A DNA stretch of 63,045 nucleotides, the filler included. It is 15 parts of 15 records of this genome, joined end to end, with 100 filler letters (N's around TTAATTAATTAA, not from the genome) between each part and the next. Parts side by side here need not be neighbours in the genome. Positions count along the whole stretch, not along the records: positions 1 to 3,078 come from SRR9188676_3020; positions 3,179 to 11,837 come from SRR9188676_3032; 13 more parts are not named here. One strand, 5' to 3'. The notes under the pieces were generated by a model. It saw nothing but the letters and a program-made list of their open reading frames with translations, had not been told where the DNA came from and ran no database searches. Below are positions 1 to 10,638 of this stretch, in pieces. Positions within the stretch are counted from its first letter, which is position 1; each line of letters starts with the position of its first letter. The translations under genes and the position numbers were made by a program.

Positions 1-2770
1 GCAAGCACAAGTGAAGCTTGTGAGAGTGTTTGTACAGAGTGCATTGGCAGAGCAGTCATCGAGACCCATATTGCACTCCTCCACATCAGGGTATCCTGAA
101 AAGTGAAATAAGAAAAGAGAAAATCAAGCGAAGTTGATGTCATTTCAATGGCAGTTGATGATATGAGGTCGAAAAAACAGCAATTCTCGAGAACTCTCTC
201 TCCTTCCTTTGGTTCGTAACTCTACCTGACCCAAAATATGCCTAGTGCTCACAGTTTCTATCTGAACAGTCCGTACTCGTCCGGAGAATCACATAGAGAA
301 GAAAATTGTCAGATCAAGCTCGAGATTGATGTGACAAAATGACATTGAGCACAGCTTTCGGGCATCGGGCACTGGATGTCCTGTAGTTTACTGGTGTCTA
401 CTAACGTCTGACATTGCGGAGGTGAAAGGGGAAAAAGACGAATTTTAACAAGGAGCGAATATCATATTCTCGCGGAATAAGAGTAAGATAGCCAATGTGA
501 CATTTGGGTGTGTGGCTGTTCGCAAGAATACGGTAATAATACACTCGATACACGCTGCATGCATTAGGATTGAAAACGATACGCACCTGTGCCACAAATG
601 AGAGTGACAGTCTGCGATGCCTGCGTGCAACTGGAGTCTGAAAGCCCACCCCAAATGTCCGTCTGAGAATATGGTCTCAGAGCGGGTACCGCGCCACACG
701 AACATTTCTCATTAGTCGGTGAGAGGTCCGGGTCATATACAGAAAGTTCAAAAATCTCTCCATCATCAGCGGTACAATCGGAGAGAGTCCAGGTTTGGTC
801 CCCACAGGAATACGAAGTATTCGGTGGGCTTGTGCTGCTCAGGTTTTGATACGATAAAAATCCATGGCAGATGAGGGTGGCTTGGGTATTATTGCATACA
901 AATGCCTCGGGGTGCACATCCGTCCGGAAGAGAACATAATCATACTTCACGCTACTGTCAATCTGAGTGAGGAATGCTTCCCAGTCGGTGCGCCCTGTAT
1001 CTTCAAAGGCAACATATTCATGGCTGAACGTCACTGTGGTTCAGAAAGTGAAGGGAAATGATGGGAGGGAAGGTGAACGAACAGAGAAGAAAAGATCAGA
1101 AAAAATGTCAGAAGTTTAATCGAATACAACAGCGCAACGAAGACCAATAGAGGATTTGGTTTATAGCGCAGACATCCAACAGAAATAGTAGCAAGCGGAC
1201 CATAACTCACCACTTAAGGAGGTTCCAGCCCAATCACATGTCAAACCATCGCCCTGGTAGCCCGTGTCGCAGTCACACGAAAAGCTCCCATTCGAATTCA
1301 GACATGAGGCATGTGCGTGGCATGTGGATGTCCCCAAAGTGCACTCATTCTTGTCCGTGCATGCCACCCCAGAGCCCGAATACCCTGTGTTGCAACGGCA
1401 GGTGAAACTTCCACTCGTATCGACGCAGGTCGCATCACTAGCGCAATTATCCACACCAGAGGTACACTCGTTGCGATTTGTGCATGAAAGTCCGTTCCCC
1501 GTATACCCCAGATTGCATGCACATGTGAAACTGCCGACAGTATTGTTGCATGTGGCACGTGAATGGCAGTTATCTCGCATGTACAGACACTCATTCAGAT
1601 CGGAGCAAGTCACGCCTGTGCCGGTGTATCCTGCTTGGCAGCGACAAGTGAAGCTACCCTCAACGTTGTCACAAATCGCTTTTTCGTGACAATTATCTCG
1701 CCCGACAAAGCATTCGTTCTCATCAAGGATGCCTGTTGAAAAGCACACAAGAAACGAGGACGTGAGAACAGAAAGCATATTTCCAGGATCATGCTTGTTC
1801 AACAAACAAATCACAAATCGGAGGATGAAATTGAGAGATCATTTCTCTCAAGTAGGTGGCATTCAATCGTTCATTGCTGATATTTTCTTGTGTAATCTTG
1901 TGTAACAATTGAACGAAACGTCGCAATGAGTTTGGAACTGATCTCATTTTTTTTAACAGAGGATATGAGCTGCAGACATAGACAAAACTTTGATTGTATT
2001 ACCGAAAACTCGATGTCACGACATGAAAATATCATAATGACACTCACTCACGCTCATTGAGGAATCTTTTTCCCAACGTTGATTGAAAAAGCGTAGTAAA
2101 AATAGTTGTAGACGTACCAACTCCACAAGTGAGACGGATCTTTTGTGTATCAGCAGCACAAGAGGTTGTATTCATACCCCCCCATTCATCGTCAAGAATA
2201 CAAGGTCGAAGGACAGGGTAGATATCACACGAACATGACTCATTCAGGCTTGAGTAGTCAGGAATGTACACAGAAACTTCCGTGCCATTGGAATTACAGT
2301 TGCCAATTCTCCACGTATTATCGTTGCAATTGATCTCGGAATCAGAAAAGAAATAATTCGATCCTGTGCCAATCGTCCGCAGAGTTTGACAGATCTCATC
2401 AGCAGCAGATCCAGAGCAAGAGACCCCTTGAGGATATTCAGACCCACTGAATAATACGTAATCATAGACTGTGCTTGAAGACAGGGAGGCAGTGAATATC
2501 AGCCACTCCTCACAAGATGCGCCCCCAAAACCGCCGATGAACTCATGATACACATACTCATATTCAAAGACAGCTATAGCGAGAAAAGATTCGATCAGTA
2601 AAGTTAAGTATTTGGACAGTACAAAAGGACAAATAAAGTGCAACTAATCAGAACATACGTTGGCCGAAATCGCTAGAGCCACCAGCTGATCCAGAACCAC
2701 TACCAGACCCACTGCCAGGTCCGACAGCCGAGCCAGGTATATCACCGGCTAGATAAAACACATGGCTAAG
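1..2770 (-). CDS. Eukaryotic multi-exon extracellular protein: calcium-binding EGF-like repeats alternating with a ~140-aa Cys-rich domain (partial; boundaries approximate)
   Basis: Exon 1211-1732 encodes four cbEGF repeats (e.g. DENEC...[30 protein letters not shown]). Another EGF starts at ~1-95 ([29 protein letters not shown]). Two homologous Cys-rich exons lie at ~564-1034 and ~2115-2580. GT-AG boundaries are present. Confidence 0.8.
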
Positions 2771-3078
2771 AGAATGGACGGAAGAGGGAATTAAATTGAC
2801 TTACAGGTCGGACTCAGGCATACCAGTAGAATCAGTCCGACATCTACAAAGCCAATCAGAAAATCTTTTGACCATCCAAAGAGAATAGATCCGTACACAA
2901 CAGTCTGGATGAAATAATAGAGTAATAATGTAATAATACATTCCCCAACGTCATTTTTCCGGATTCTATGCTGTTTTCATTTTGGGTTAGTATTATTTTT
3001 TATGAATCTTAATTGTCAGGGGACATTAAAGCAAAACCCCTAAAACCCTAAAACTAGTTAGTCCGATGAGAGCCAGTA

Positions 3079-3178
3079 NNNNNNNNNNNNNNNNNNNNNN
3101 NNNNNNNNNNNNNNNNNNNNNNTTAATTAATTAANNNNNNNNNNNNNNNNNNNNNNNNNNNNNNNNNNNNNNNNNNNN
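3079..3178. other. Artificial contig-joining linker (N-run + TTAATTAATTAA + N-run); first of 14
   Basis: The same 100-nt linker, with stops in all six frames, recurs at 11838-11937, 14970-15069, 17320-17419, 21321-21420, 24555-24654, 26698-26797, 34903-35002, 42860-42959, 45897-45996, 48535-48634, 52246-52345, 57824-57923 and 60094-60193. Sequence character changes abruptly across them. Confidence 0.99.
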
Positions 3179-3950
3179 TTTGTCCTAAACGTAGCGCATC
3201 GCCCAATAAAACATTCGGCACATCATCATCAATCATTAATCTTACTTTGTTACCTTTCTCTTCAGCCTTTATCTGATTTGCTTTCTTGATGTTTGAAACC
3301 AATTGTTTAATATCAAAAGGCACTCGTTCAAGCTCAACTTTTCCTGCTTCAATTTTACTAAAATCTAAAATATCGTTGATAAGTACGTGCAAATTATTTG
3401 TTGAGAATTGAAGTATTTTCAAATTCTCAGCCAAAGATTCTGATACTTCTTCTTGTTGCATCAAATAAGTAAGTCCCACAATCGCATTCAAAGGCGTGCG
3501 AATTTCATGACTCATCATCGAAAGGAATTCCGATTTTGCTTGCGTAGCTGCTTCAGCCAATTCTTTCGATTTTCTTAAATCTGTTTCAAGCTGTTTGCGA
3601 TTATCAATTTGAACTTTCAAGAAATCCATCAATCCTAACATATCATCAGGATTTAAAGGTTTTTCTTCTGTTTCTTCGCTTACCTCTAAAGAATAAATCG
3701 CTTCAATCAATTTTTCCACAGAAAGACGTCTTTGTTTGATTTCATCTTTGAGTTTATTATTGATTTCGGCATAATCTCTTTCATTCAATTGAGATGAATG
3801 TTCAAACAGTTCTTTATCTCTATCAAAGCTCAAGTAAGATTCATTAACCGCTTTAATAAAATTTTGAAAGTTTTCATTTTCCAGACATTCGTCTGTCAAA
3901 TGTTTTTTGATTTGCTTGCCAAGTAATCTGTGAAATGTTGTGTTATTCAT
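3179..3950 (-). CDS. Sensor histidine kinase, HisKA + start of HATPase (3' truncated by contig end; probably hybrid type)
   Basis: Contains the H-box AKSEFLSMMSHEIRTPLNAIVG, INDILDFSKIEAGK and GDALRLGQ. ATG at 3950 lies just after the FIST gene stop. Confidence 0.93.
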
Positions 3951-3955
3951 TCTAA

Positions 3956-5095
3956 TCAATTTTCAGAAAGTGTGGTAATTGTCATGGTTTGATTATGCAA
4001 GCCACAACGAGCATTTGGGTTTAATGGTGAAATTTCGCCATAAGAATAAAAACCTGTTATTACGGTTTCCTCGCCCATTATTTCACGAGCCGCTTCTACT
4101 TCTTCTTCAGTTCTTTGTCCAAGTACTAATTTTCTACCCACGCAGCTCACTAAAATGGCCAATTCTGGTGAATCTTCAAAAGGTTGGATAGAATCTTGGG
4201 CAGCTTTTGCCGAAGCGTCAATGAGTCGGTCGAAATTGGCTTTCATAAAACGAACCAAAGAGCCTTTGGGTAATTCTCCTGCAAAAGTCATACTTTTCTT
4301 TTCTTCATCAATAGAAAGTATGGTTCTTACAACGGGTTCAGCATCTTCGGTTTCACGCATTGATAAAGGAAAAAGTAAAGCCGCACCCGGAAGCCCTTCT
4401 ACATATTTTCCTAAGTATTCTTTGTATAAATCCAAAGCGGCAACATCGCCAATTTTGTATAATATATTGTATTCAGATTCTGTTACTTCACGTTCCGGAC
4501 CAAAACCATCCCAACCTCCCATTGTGCCATGCCCAACGCTCAGATTTTTACTGTATAAACCTATTGCAACAATTTTCCCTTCTTCTGGATTACGATTCAA
4601 CCCCACTAAAGTTTTTTCAAATCTTGCTGCATCACCAGCCAACCCTCCAGAAATCAAAATCCTTTCGTCTGTCTTTTTATTCAAACTGGCAATCAATTCA
4701 CTTCCATTTACTCTTCCTCCATCCGAAATGACAAAAATTGTTCTCAAATCGTCTCCAGTCAAAGCTTCAGCTATTTTTTCACCCGCAATACCGCTTTCAT
4801 AATGCGAATTAATGTCTATTTCAACACTTTTGATTGATGTTTTTTCAAATTCAATGGCTGTTACAATGATTGAACCATCGTGTACAGAATCTTGATAGAT
4901 TTCACCAGAAGTTGAATTAATAACAATATCCGCATTAGGATAAAGATTTTTGAGATAATCAAAAGGTTTGATAGTCTCTAAAACAATTCTTTCCCCAAAT
5001 GCCAATACCCAATTAGCATTTGAAGCAACAAAACCCTCATTTTCAGAGATAGTTTTCCATTGATTGTTAGTGAATACAGTTTGTTGGGTTTTCAT
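3956..5095 (-). CDS. FIST N/C domain signal-transduction protein (NosP-like)
   Basis: Motifs STSGEI, SDGGRVNGSEL, GGLAGD, GGWDGFG, SCVGRKLVLG, GFYSYGEI and LHNQTMTIT are typical of FIST proteins. Co-oriented with the kinase. Confidence 0.92.
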   Translation of the reverse strand: MKTQQTVFTNNQWKTISENEGFVASNANWVLAFGERIVLETIKPFDYLKNLYPNADIVINSTSGEIYQDSVHDGSIIVTAIEFEKTSIKSVEIDINSHYESGIAGEKIAEALTGDDLRTIFVISDGGRVNGSELIASLNKKTDERILISGGLAGDAARFEKTLVGLNRNPEEGKIVAIGLYSKNLSVGHGTMGGWDGFGPEREVTESEYNILYKIGDVAALDLYKEYLGKYVEGLPGAALLFPLSMRETEDAEPVVRTILSIDEEKKSMTFAGELPKGSLVRFMKANFDRLIDASAKAAQDSIQPFEDSPELAILVSCVGRKLVLGQRTEEEVEAAREIMGEETVITGFYSYGEISPLNPNARCGLHNQTMTITTLSEN

Positions 5096-5268
5096 AGTGA
5101 GCAAAGCTTAGGAATTTATCGAGATTATGAAATTGTATAATTTACTTCAAATCAATTCTTTAGATATCGACGAATAAATTGGGATTTACTCATCACAAAT
5201 TTTCCATTTTCAGATAAAACCTTAGGCTAATTTCAGCTGTAATTAGATAAAAAATTTGTCCTTTTACT

Positions 5269-5276
5269 CAAAGATA
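5269..5276 (-). promoter_or_regulatory. Bacteroidota sigma70 -7 element (TATCTTTG) upstream of the FIST gene
   Basis: Matches the TAnnTTTG consensus on the minus strand, ~175 nt upstream of the start. Confidence 0.5.
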
Positions 5277-5480
5277 CTACTATTATTAAAAAAAAAATAT
5301 TTGACGCATTTCATATTTAAATAAATATTAACGTATAATATCCTTCATTCATCAGAACAAATAAATCAAATAGCATACCAATTTTAATCAAAAAAAATAT
5401 TTGCCTTAAAAAAAGACATTTATCAAAACTTTTCATCGTTTAGTACAAACTTTTATTATCACAAGATAATATTTTGGTAT

Positions 5481-5524
5481 AAAAAAAGGGGCATCAAATT
5501 TTTCAATCTGATGCCCCTTTTTTT
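5481..5524 (-). terminator. Rho-independent (bidirectional-type) terminator after rhaT
   Basis: A7-GGGGCATCA-loop-TGATGCCCC-T7, 15 nt after the rhaT stop. Confidence 0.88.
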
Positions 5525-5539
5525 ATATTTTTTATTTTT

Positions 5540-6616
5540 TTAACCTTTCAAAGAGTTGCCATAACCCACAATTAATACCGAAAGTACAATCGTTAAGATT
5601 CCGACGATGATTGTAGTTAAAGTCTTCTTAGAAACACCTTTCCATTCATTTAATACTAAACCCCACGAATTAGCTACTAAAATAATGAATGCCATGTGTA
5701 GAATCCAAGAACTAGGCCCATTTCCTAATTTACTCTCTCCCATTCCATAGAAAAAGAATTGTAAAAACCATGTTGTTCCAGCAATGGCACTAAATACATA
5801 GTTTTTCAATAAAGGAGTTTCAGCATTAGTGTAATCACCAAAAGATTTATTCTTGAAGTTCAAGTACATACACCAAATCAAATTAGTTGTTAAACCTCCC
5901 CAAAGAATAACGATATACACAACGTTGTTACGATAAAGAAATTCGCCTTGTCCGGGATTACTTGCTACCCAAATTTCATTCGCTACATTCGACATCGCCG
6001 AACCTGCTTCAATACCAAAACTAAAACAAGCACTCAACAAACCTGAGATAATCGAAAAAGTAAGTCCTTTCACAATATCAAATTCTTGATTTTCAGCACT
6101 TGCTTGTCCTGCTAAATCTTTATCTTTACTTCCACCAGCTTTTCCACAAATCACAATTCCTAACACACAAACAGCCAAACCAAGTAAAACCATTTGTCCC
6201 CAATTGGTAGATACTAAATCATATATGGTATCTTTTCCGGGAGTTTTGGTGAAGTAATAATAAACTGAGGGAATCAAAGAGCCAAATACAGAACAAAGCC
6301 CAAGAATGATAGAGCTACCCAATGAAATACCTAAATAACGTACTCCTAAACCGTAAGTTAAACCACCAATTCCCCACAAAACGCCCATGCCGTAAGTCCA
6401 AAATAATACGCTTCCTTCACTACTAGCAATAATTGAAGTAAAATCTGGAATGGTAAGATACGCTGCTAAAGGTGGAACAATTAACCATGAAAAAACACCT
6501 CCTGTAATCCAATAACTTTCCCATGACCAACATCTAACTTTCTTGTAAGGAATATAAAAACTCCCTGATGCAAAGCCGCCGATAAAGTGAAAAATAACAC
6601 CTAAAATTGCTCCCAT
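5540..6616 (-). CDS. rhaT: L-rhamnose/H+ symporter
   Basis: About 10 TM segments with GGFASGSFYIPYKKV, WSWESYW, LWGIGGLTYGL, WFLQFFFYGMGE and SSWILHM..II...WGLVLNEWKG. Confidence 0.92.
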   Translation of the reverse strand: MGAILGVIFHFIGGFASGSFYIPYKKVRCWSWESYWITGGVFSWLIVPPLAAYLTIPDFTSIIASSEGSVLFWTYGMGVLWGIGGLTYGLGVRYLGISLGSSIILGLCSVFGSLIPSVYYYFTKTPGKDTIYDLVSTNWGQMVLLGLAVCVLGIVICGKAGGSKDKDLAGQASAENQEFDIVKGLTFSIISGLLSACFSFGIEAGSAMSNVANEIWVASNPGQGEFLYRNNVVYIVILWGGLTTNLIWCMYLNFKNKSFGDYTNAETPLLKNYVFSAIAGTTWFLQFFFYGMGESKLGNGPSSWILHMAFIILVANSWGLVLNEWKGVSKKTLTTIIVGILTIVLSVLIVGYGNSLKG

Positions 6617-6973
6617 AATCAATTATCTATTTGAATTTTGCTTGGCAAACACTTCTCTTTTATGTTTGCTTTTTTGTTAAAATGAATATTTTGTATCTAA
6701 GCGAAACCTAAGAATTGCCCCCAAACATCATCTTAAAAATTGAATAACATTTTTAGAGTAATTATTATAAATCTAGTTCTTTGAAAGAATAGTTTGTAAA
6801 TTTGTTTCTTGGAATCGTATAAAATTTTACAAGGATAAACCAAAAACAAAAGGGAACTATCATGCACTTCCCTGCTCAAAAGATTTAAATTAAAAGAATG
6901 TATAGCAAAATTAATTCTCAGCCTTAACGCTTCTTACTAGAGAAAATGTGTGAAGCTGAGTTTCCAAAGAATC

Positions 6974-7984
6974 ATGTACCAGCTCAAACTCAATCCAAAC
7001 GATAAAACACCAAAGTACAAGCAGATAATCCAATCGGTTATTTCGGATATTGAACGCAATGTCTTGAAGAAAAACGAACAGCTTCCTTCTATCAGTGAAC
7101 TCAGCGAAGAGTATTATTTAGCCCGTGACACCGTAGAAAAAGCTTATCGTGAATTAAAAGAAAGAGGCTTCATTACTTCTGTACAAGGAAAAGGATATTA
7201 TGTAAACAGCGGAGAAAGTAGAAAAATGAGGATTTTGTTAATCTTCAATAAACTAAGCTCTTATAAAAAGTTGATTTACTATGCTTTTTTGAAAGTATTG
7301 GGCGATAAAGCTTCGGTTGATTTACAGATTCATCATTATAATGCTCGTCTTTTCGATGAAATCATAGATAAAAATCTTGGTAAGTATAACTATTATGTAG
7401 TAATGCCGCATTTTTTCCCTGATTCAGAAAAAGCTATTGCCATGAAGGCTTTGGAAAAAATCCCTTCAGATGAATTGGTTTTACTTGATAAAGATTTACC
7501 AGAATATAAAAACGAATGTTTGTCAGTCTATCAAGATTTTGAGCGTGATGTAGCAGAAGCTTTAGAAAGTGCTAATGATTTATTTGCTAAGTATCAACGA
7601 GTTGTGTTGGTTTTTCCGAGTGATGGCAATTATCCTGCTGATATTGTAAGAGGTGTTCGTTACTTTTGTGTAAATGCCCACAAAGAATTTATCATCAGAG
7701 AGAACGTTGATGAGGAATTACTCTCTCCACATACAGCTTATGTAGTTGTTGAAGAACACGATTTGGCTGAATTAGTTAAAAAAGTTCGTCAATCAAGTTA
7801 TACTTTGGGTGATGAAATCGGCGTGGTTTCTTTCAACGAAACAACTTTAAAAGAACTCTTAGGCATTACCGTTATCACAACTGACTTTGAAACAATGGGC
7901 AGAACGGCGGCGGCTTTGTTGTTAGATAAAAAGAAAATTAAAGTAAAGAATCCTTTTTATATGATTCGGAGAGAAACGCTTTGA
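6974..7984 (+). CDS. GntR-family transcriptional regulator with periplasmic-binding-protein-like effector domain
   Basis: N-terminal wHTH PKYKQI...LPSISELS...ARDTVEKAYRELKERGFI...GKGYYV; LacI-like C-terminus (ITTDFETMGRTAA). Divergent from rhaT. TAAATTTG at 6797-6804. Confidence 0.9.
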   Translation: MYQLKLNPNDKTPKYKQIIQSVISDIERNVLKKNEQLPSISELSEEYYLARDTVEKAYRELKERGFITSVQGKGYYVNSGESRKMRILLIFNKLSSYKKLIYYAFLKVLGDKASVDLQIHHYNARLFDEIIDKNLGKYNYYVVMPHFFPDSEKAIAMKALEKIPSDELVLLDKDLPEYKNECLSVYQDFERDVAEALESANDLFAKYQRVVLVFPSDGNYPADIVRGVRYFCVNAHKEFIIRENVDEELLSPHTAYVVVEEHDLAELVKKVRQSSYTLGDEIGVVSFNETTLKELLGITVITTDFETMGRTAAALLLDKKKIKVKNPFYMIRRETL

Positions 7985-8113
7985 TAGCTTGTAGCCTTGA
8001 GCTATGAGCAGTGAGCTTTTTAGAAATTAAGCTAATAGCTAACTACTCAAAGCTAAAAAACCTGATAACACAAATCTGAAAGCTCATTGCTCACGGCTCA
8101 AAGCTCACAGCTA
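7985..8113. repeat. Heptamer-built inverted repeat (GAGCTnT-type x5 / AnAGCTC-type x5)
   Basis: Left arm tagcttg tagcctt gagctat gagcagt gagcttt; right arm aaagctc attgctc acggctc aaagctc acagcta is its near reverse complement. Confidence 0.85.
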
Positions 8114-8122
8114 AGTAAAAAC

Positions 8123-8566
8123 ATGAAACAAAAGATTGTCGATTATATTAATAATTTTTTAGACCAAAGAATACAAACTTCCTACGATGCCATGCAGGCG
8201 GCTCAGGCTTCTGCCAATGAAGAATCAAAATCGTCTGCGGGCGACAAGTACGAAACTTCCAGAGCGATGGGGCAACTCGACCGAGACATGCACGGTTTGA
8301 TGCACGAACAAGCCAAAAGAGAAAAAGCTATTGTTGAAAGAATTGATATGAACCTTACTTTCAAAAAAGGAGCCGTTGGTGCTTTTCTCAAAACTTCTAC
8401 TGGAAATTACTTTTTGGCAGTAAGTGTGGGAATTTGTAAAATCGACGGAAAAAGTATTATGATTATTTCGCCACAATCTCCCATCGGAGCATTGTTGATG
8501 GGAAAAGGCAAAGGCGATACTTTTAATTTCAGAGGAAAAGAGGCTAAGATTGAGGAGATTTTTTAA
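8123..8566 (+). CDS. GreA/GreB-like C-terminal domain protein
   Basis: Has KSSAGDKYETSRAMGQ and ISPQSPIGALLMGK..GDTFNF, the short Bacteroidota GreA/GreB-like family. The upstream TTG extension is merely the heptamer repeat. Confidence 0.75.
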   Translation: MKQKIVDYINNFLDQRIQTSYDAMQAAQASANEESKSSAGDKYETSRAMGQLDRDMHGLMHEQAKREKAIVERIDMNLTFKKGAVGAFLKTSTGNYFLAVSVGICKIDGKSIMIISPQSPIGALLMGKGKGDTFNFRGKEAKIEEIF

Positions 8567-9437
8567 AAGTTGTATCGCCAAAAGCAAGCCTAAATTGCGA
8601 AGGCGTTTGTCCTTTCAAATCCTTAAATTGTTTATTGAAATTCGATAAAGTATTAAAACCACTTTCATAGCAAACTTGTGTCACACTTAATTTATCTTCC
8701 ATCAACAATTTACAGGCATAACTAACCCGCAATTCACTGACAAAATCCGAAAAAGTTTTATTCGTCCTTGCCTTAAAGTAACGGCAAAATGCTGCCGTAG
8801 CCATACCTGCCAACGAAGCCACTTCTGTTAAGTTGATTGAAGTACGATAATTGTTCAGTACGTATTCGTGAACTTTGTGCATTCGTTCGGTTTCAGAAGT
8901 TTTGAAAGGATTGGTATAACCAACGCTACTGATAAAATCATATTCGTTGGAGTTGGCTAATAAATTCAGCATTTCTAATAATTTCAAAATCCCTTCAAAT
9001 CCCTGTAATGGCAACAATTCTTTCATAAAAATAAGAATCTTGTCATGTAATTCTCCGCTGATTTCTAATCCACGACTGGCATTCAAAAAGAAATGTTTGA
9101 GCTTCGTCATTTCATACTTTTCAAAGAAATCTTTTCCCAAAAAATCTTCTGTAAAATACACTACAATTCCATGCGTTTTTAATTCAGGATTACCCTGAAA
9201 GTAAATCTCATCACTCCGCCAAAGATGTGGTAAATCTGGTCCAACAAAAACCATATCTCCCGCTTCAAAATGTTTAATATTATCTCCAATAAAGCGGGTA
9301 CCTGTTCCTTCCAACACCACAAATAATTGATAATGCGGGTGAAAATGCCAGTTGGGGTCGAAGTATGGTTCTTTCAACTCTTTCATGGTGAAAGAATGAT
9401 TCGGCGATTCTATACTTTTATTTAATGGACTTTTCAA
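8544..9437 (-). CDS. AraC-family transcriptional regulator (cupin + double HTH)
   Basis: Contains WHFHPHYQL, GTRFIGD, AFCRYFK and CYESGFNTLSNFNKQFK..KGQTP. Confidence 0.95.
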   Translation of the reverse strand: MKSPLNKSIESPNHSFTMKELKEPYFDPNWHFHPHYQLFVVLEGTGTRFIGDNIKHFEAGDMVFVGPDLPHLWRSDEIYFQGNPELKTHGIVVYFTEDFLGKDFFEKYEMTKLKHFFLNASRGLEISGELHDKILIFMKELLPLQGFEGILKLLEMLNLLANSNEYDFISSVGYTNPFKTSETERMHKVHEYVLNNYRTSINLTEVASLAGMATAAFCRYFKARTNKTFSDFVSELRVSYACKLLMEDKLSVTQVCYESGFNTLSNFNKQFKDLKGQTPSQFRLAFGDTTFKKSPQS

Positions 9438-9686
9438 AACCTATTTTTTTACTTTAATTACTGATACTAATCTAAAAAATATCAAAATACAGTCAAAACT
9501 AATCAAAAGAGCGGAAATTTTTATGACTTTTTTTAGATTATTTTGTATTGTCAAAAATCCTTATCTGTTTGATTAAAATTAAACCCAAAACCAAATTTGG
9601 TTTGAAGAACTCTGAAAATTAACAATTTAATACAATTAATAATTTATACACAAAATCAATCAAAAAAACCTTACGATAAAGATAAA

Positions 9687-10523
9687 ATGAAAAAATACGG
9701 AATGAATTTGCTCTTATGGGGGACTGAGATTAACGAAGACCTTTTCCCAGTGTTAGAGCAGATTAAAGCGATTGGTTTTACGGGCGTTGAAGTACCCATT
9801 TTTGATGTTGACCCTGCGCATTGGCAAACTTGGCGTACTAAATTAGATGAATTAGGTTTAGACAGAATTGCGGTAACGATTTGCGGACCAGATTTCAACC
9901 AAATCAGCCCAGACCCAGTAATGAGAGCCGCTACTTTGGAAAGAAACAAAAGAGCCATCGACTGTGCCGTGGTTTTAGGAGCAGATTTATTGACAGGCCC
10001 ATATCATTCAGCATTAAGCCATTTTACAGGAAAACCTGCTACTCAAGAAGAGTGGAATTGGGCGGTAGAAAATTTGAGAGAATTAGCAGATTATGCCCAA
10101 GAAAAAGGAATTGTTTTAGGCTTAGAATACCTCAATCGTTTTGAAAGTTACTTGGTTTCTTGTGCAGATGAATTATTTCAATTGGTTGAAGACATCAATC
10201 ATCCACATTGTAAAATCATGTTTGATACATTCCACGCTAATATTGAAGAGAAAAGTTTGGGCGATGCCATCAGAAAATTAAGTAAACATTTGGTGCATGT
10301 ACAAGTATCTGAAAATGATAGAAGTACCGTTGGCAAAGGAAATGTGAATTGGGCAGATGTTTTTACAGCTTTAGAAGAAATTAAATACGATGCTTATTTA
10401 TCAGTAGAAGCATTTAGTTCAAAATTGGCAGTAGCTAATATTTGGAGAAAAATGTTTGACAACGAAGAAACATTGATGAAAGAAAGCTTGGAGTTTATTA
10501 GAGCTATGAGCTTTAAGCCTTGA
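9687..10523 (+). CDS. Sugar phosphate isomerase/epimerase (D-tagatose 3-epimerase/xylose isomerase-like TIM barrel)
   Basis: Metal-binding motifs EYLNRFE, DTFHANIEE, HVQVSENDR and EAF. Confidence 0.9.
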   Translation: MKKYGMNLLLWGTEINEDLFPVLEQIKAIGFTGVEVPIFDVDPAHWQTWRTKLDELGLDRIAVTICGPDFNQISPDPVMRAATLERNKRAIDCAVVLGADLLTGPYHSALSHFTGKPATQEEWNWAVENLRELADYAQEKGIVLGLEYLNRFESYLVSCADELFQLVEDINHPHCKIMFDTFHANIEEKSLGDAIRKLSKHLVHVQVSENDRSTVGKGNVNWADVFTALEEIKYDAYLSVEAFSSKLAVANIWRKMFDNEETLMKESLEFIRAMSFKP

Positions 10524-10620
10524 GCTCTGAGCTAACATACTTATATATAGTTAATTATCGCTTTTTTTATAAACTAACAAAGTACAAAACTCAAAGCTCA
10601 AGGCTCACAGCTGATAGCTT
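10501..10620. repeat. Second heptamer-built inverted repeat, overlapping the last codons of the isomerase
   Basis: gagctat gagcttt aagcctt gagctct gagctaa ... aaaactc aaagctc aaggctc acagctg atagctt. Confidence 0.8.
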
Positions 10621-10638
10621 CTTAATAAATTAAACAAA

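Noticed and set aside
3033..3056. CCCTAAAA telomere-like repeat near contig end
   Set aside because: Only two copies, and non-repeat sequence follows.
3123..3134. Recurrent TTAATTAATTAA palindrome and ORFs ending in XXXXLIN
   Set aside because: Artificial linker inside N-runs; not biological, and adjacency across it means nothing.
4155..4802. Long antisense ORFs over bacterial genes (also 8225-8587, 9671-9958, 57280-57594) and the many short ORFs in eukaryotic contigs
   Set aside because: Shadow frames of real genes or exon/intron read-through, with no independent motifs.
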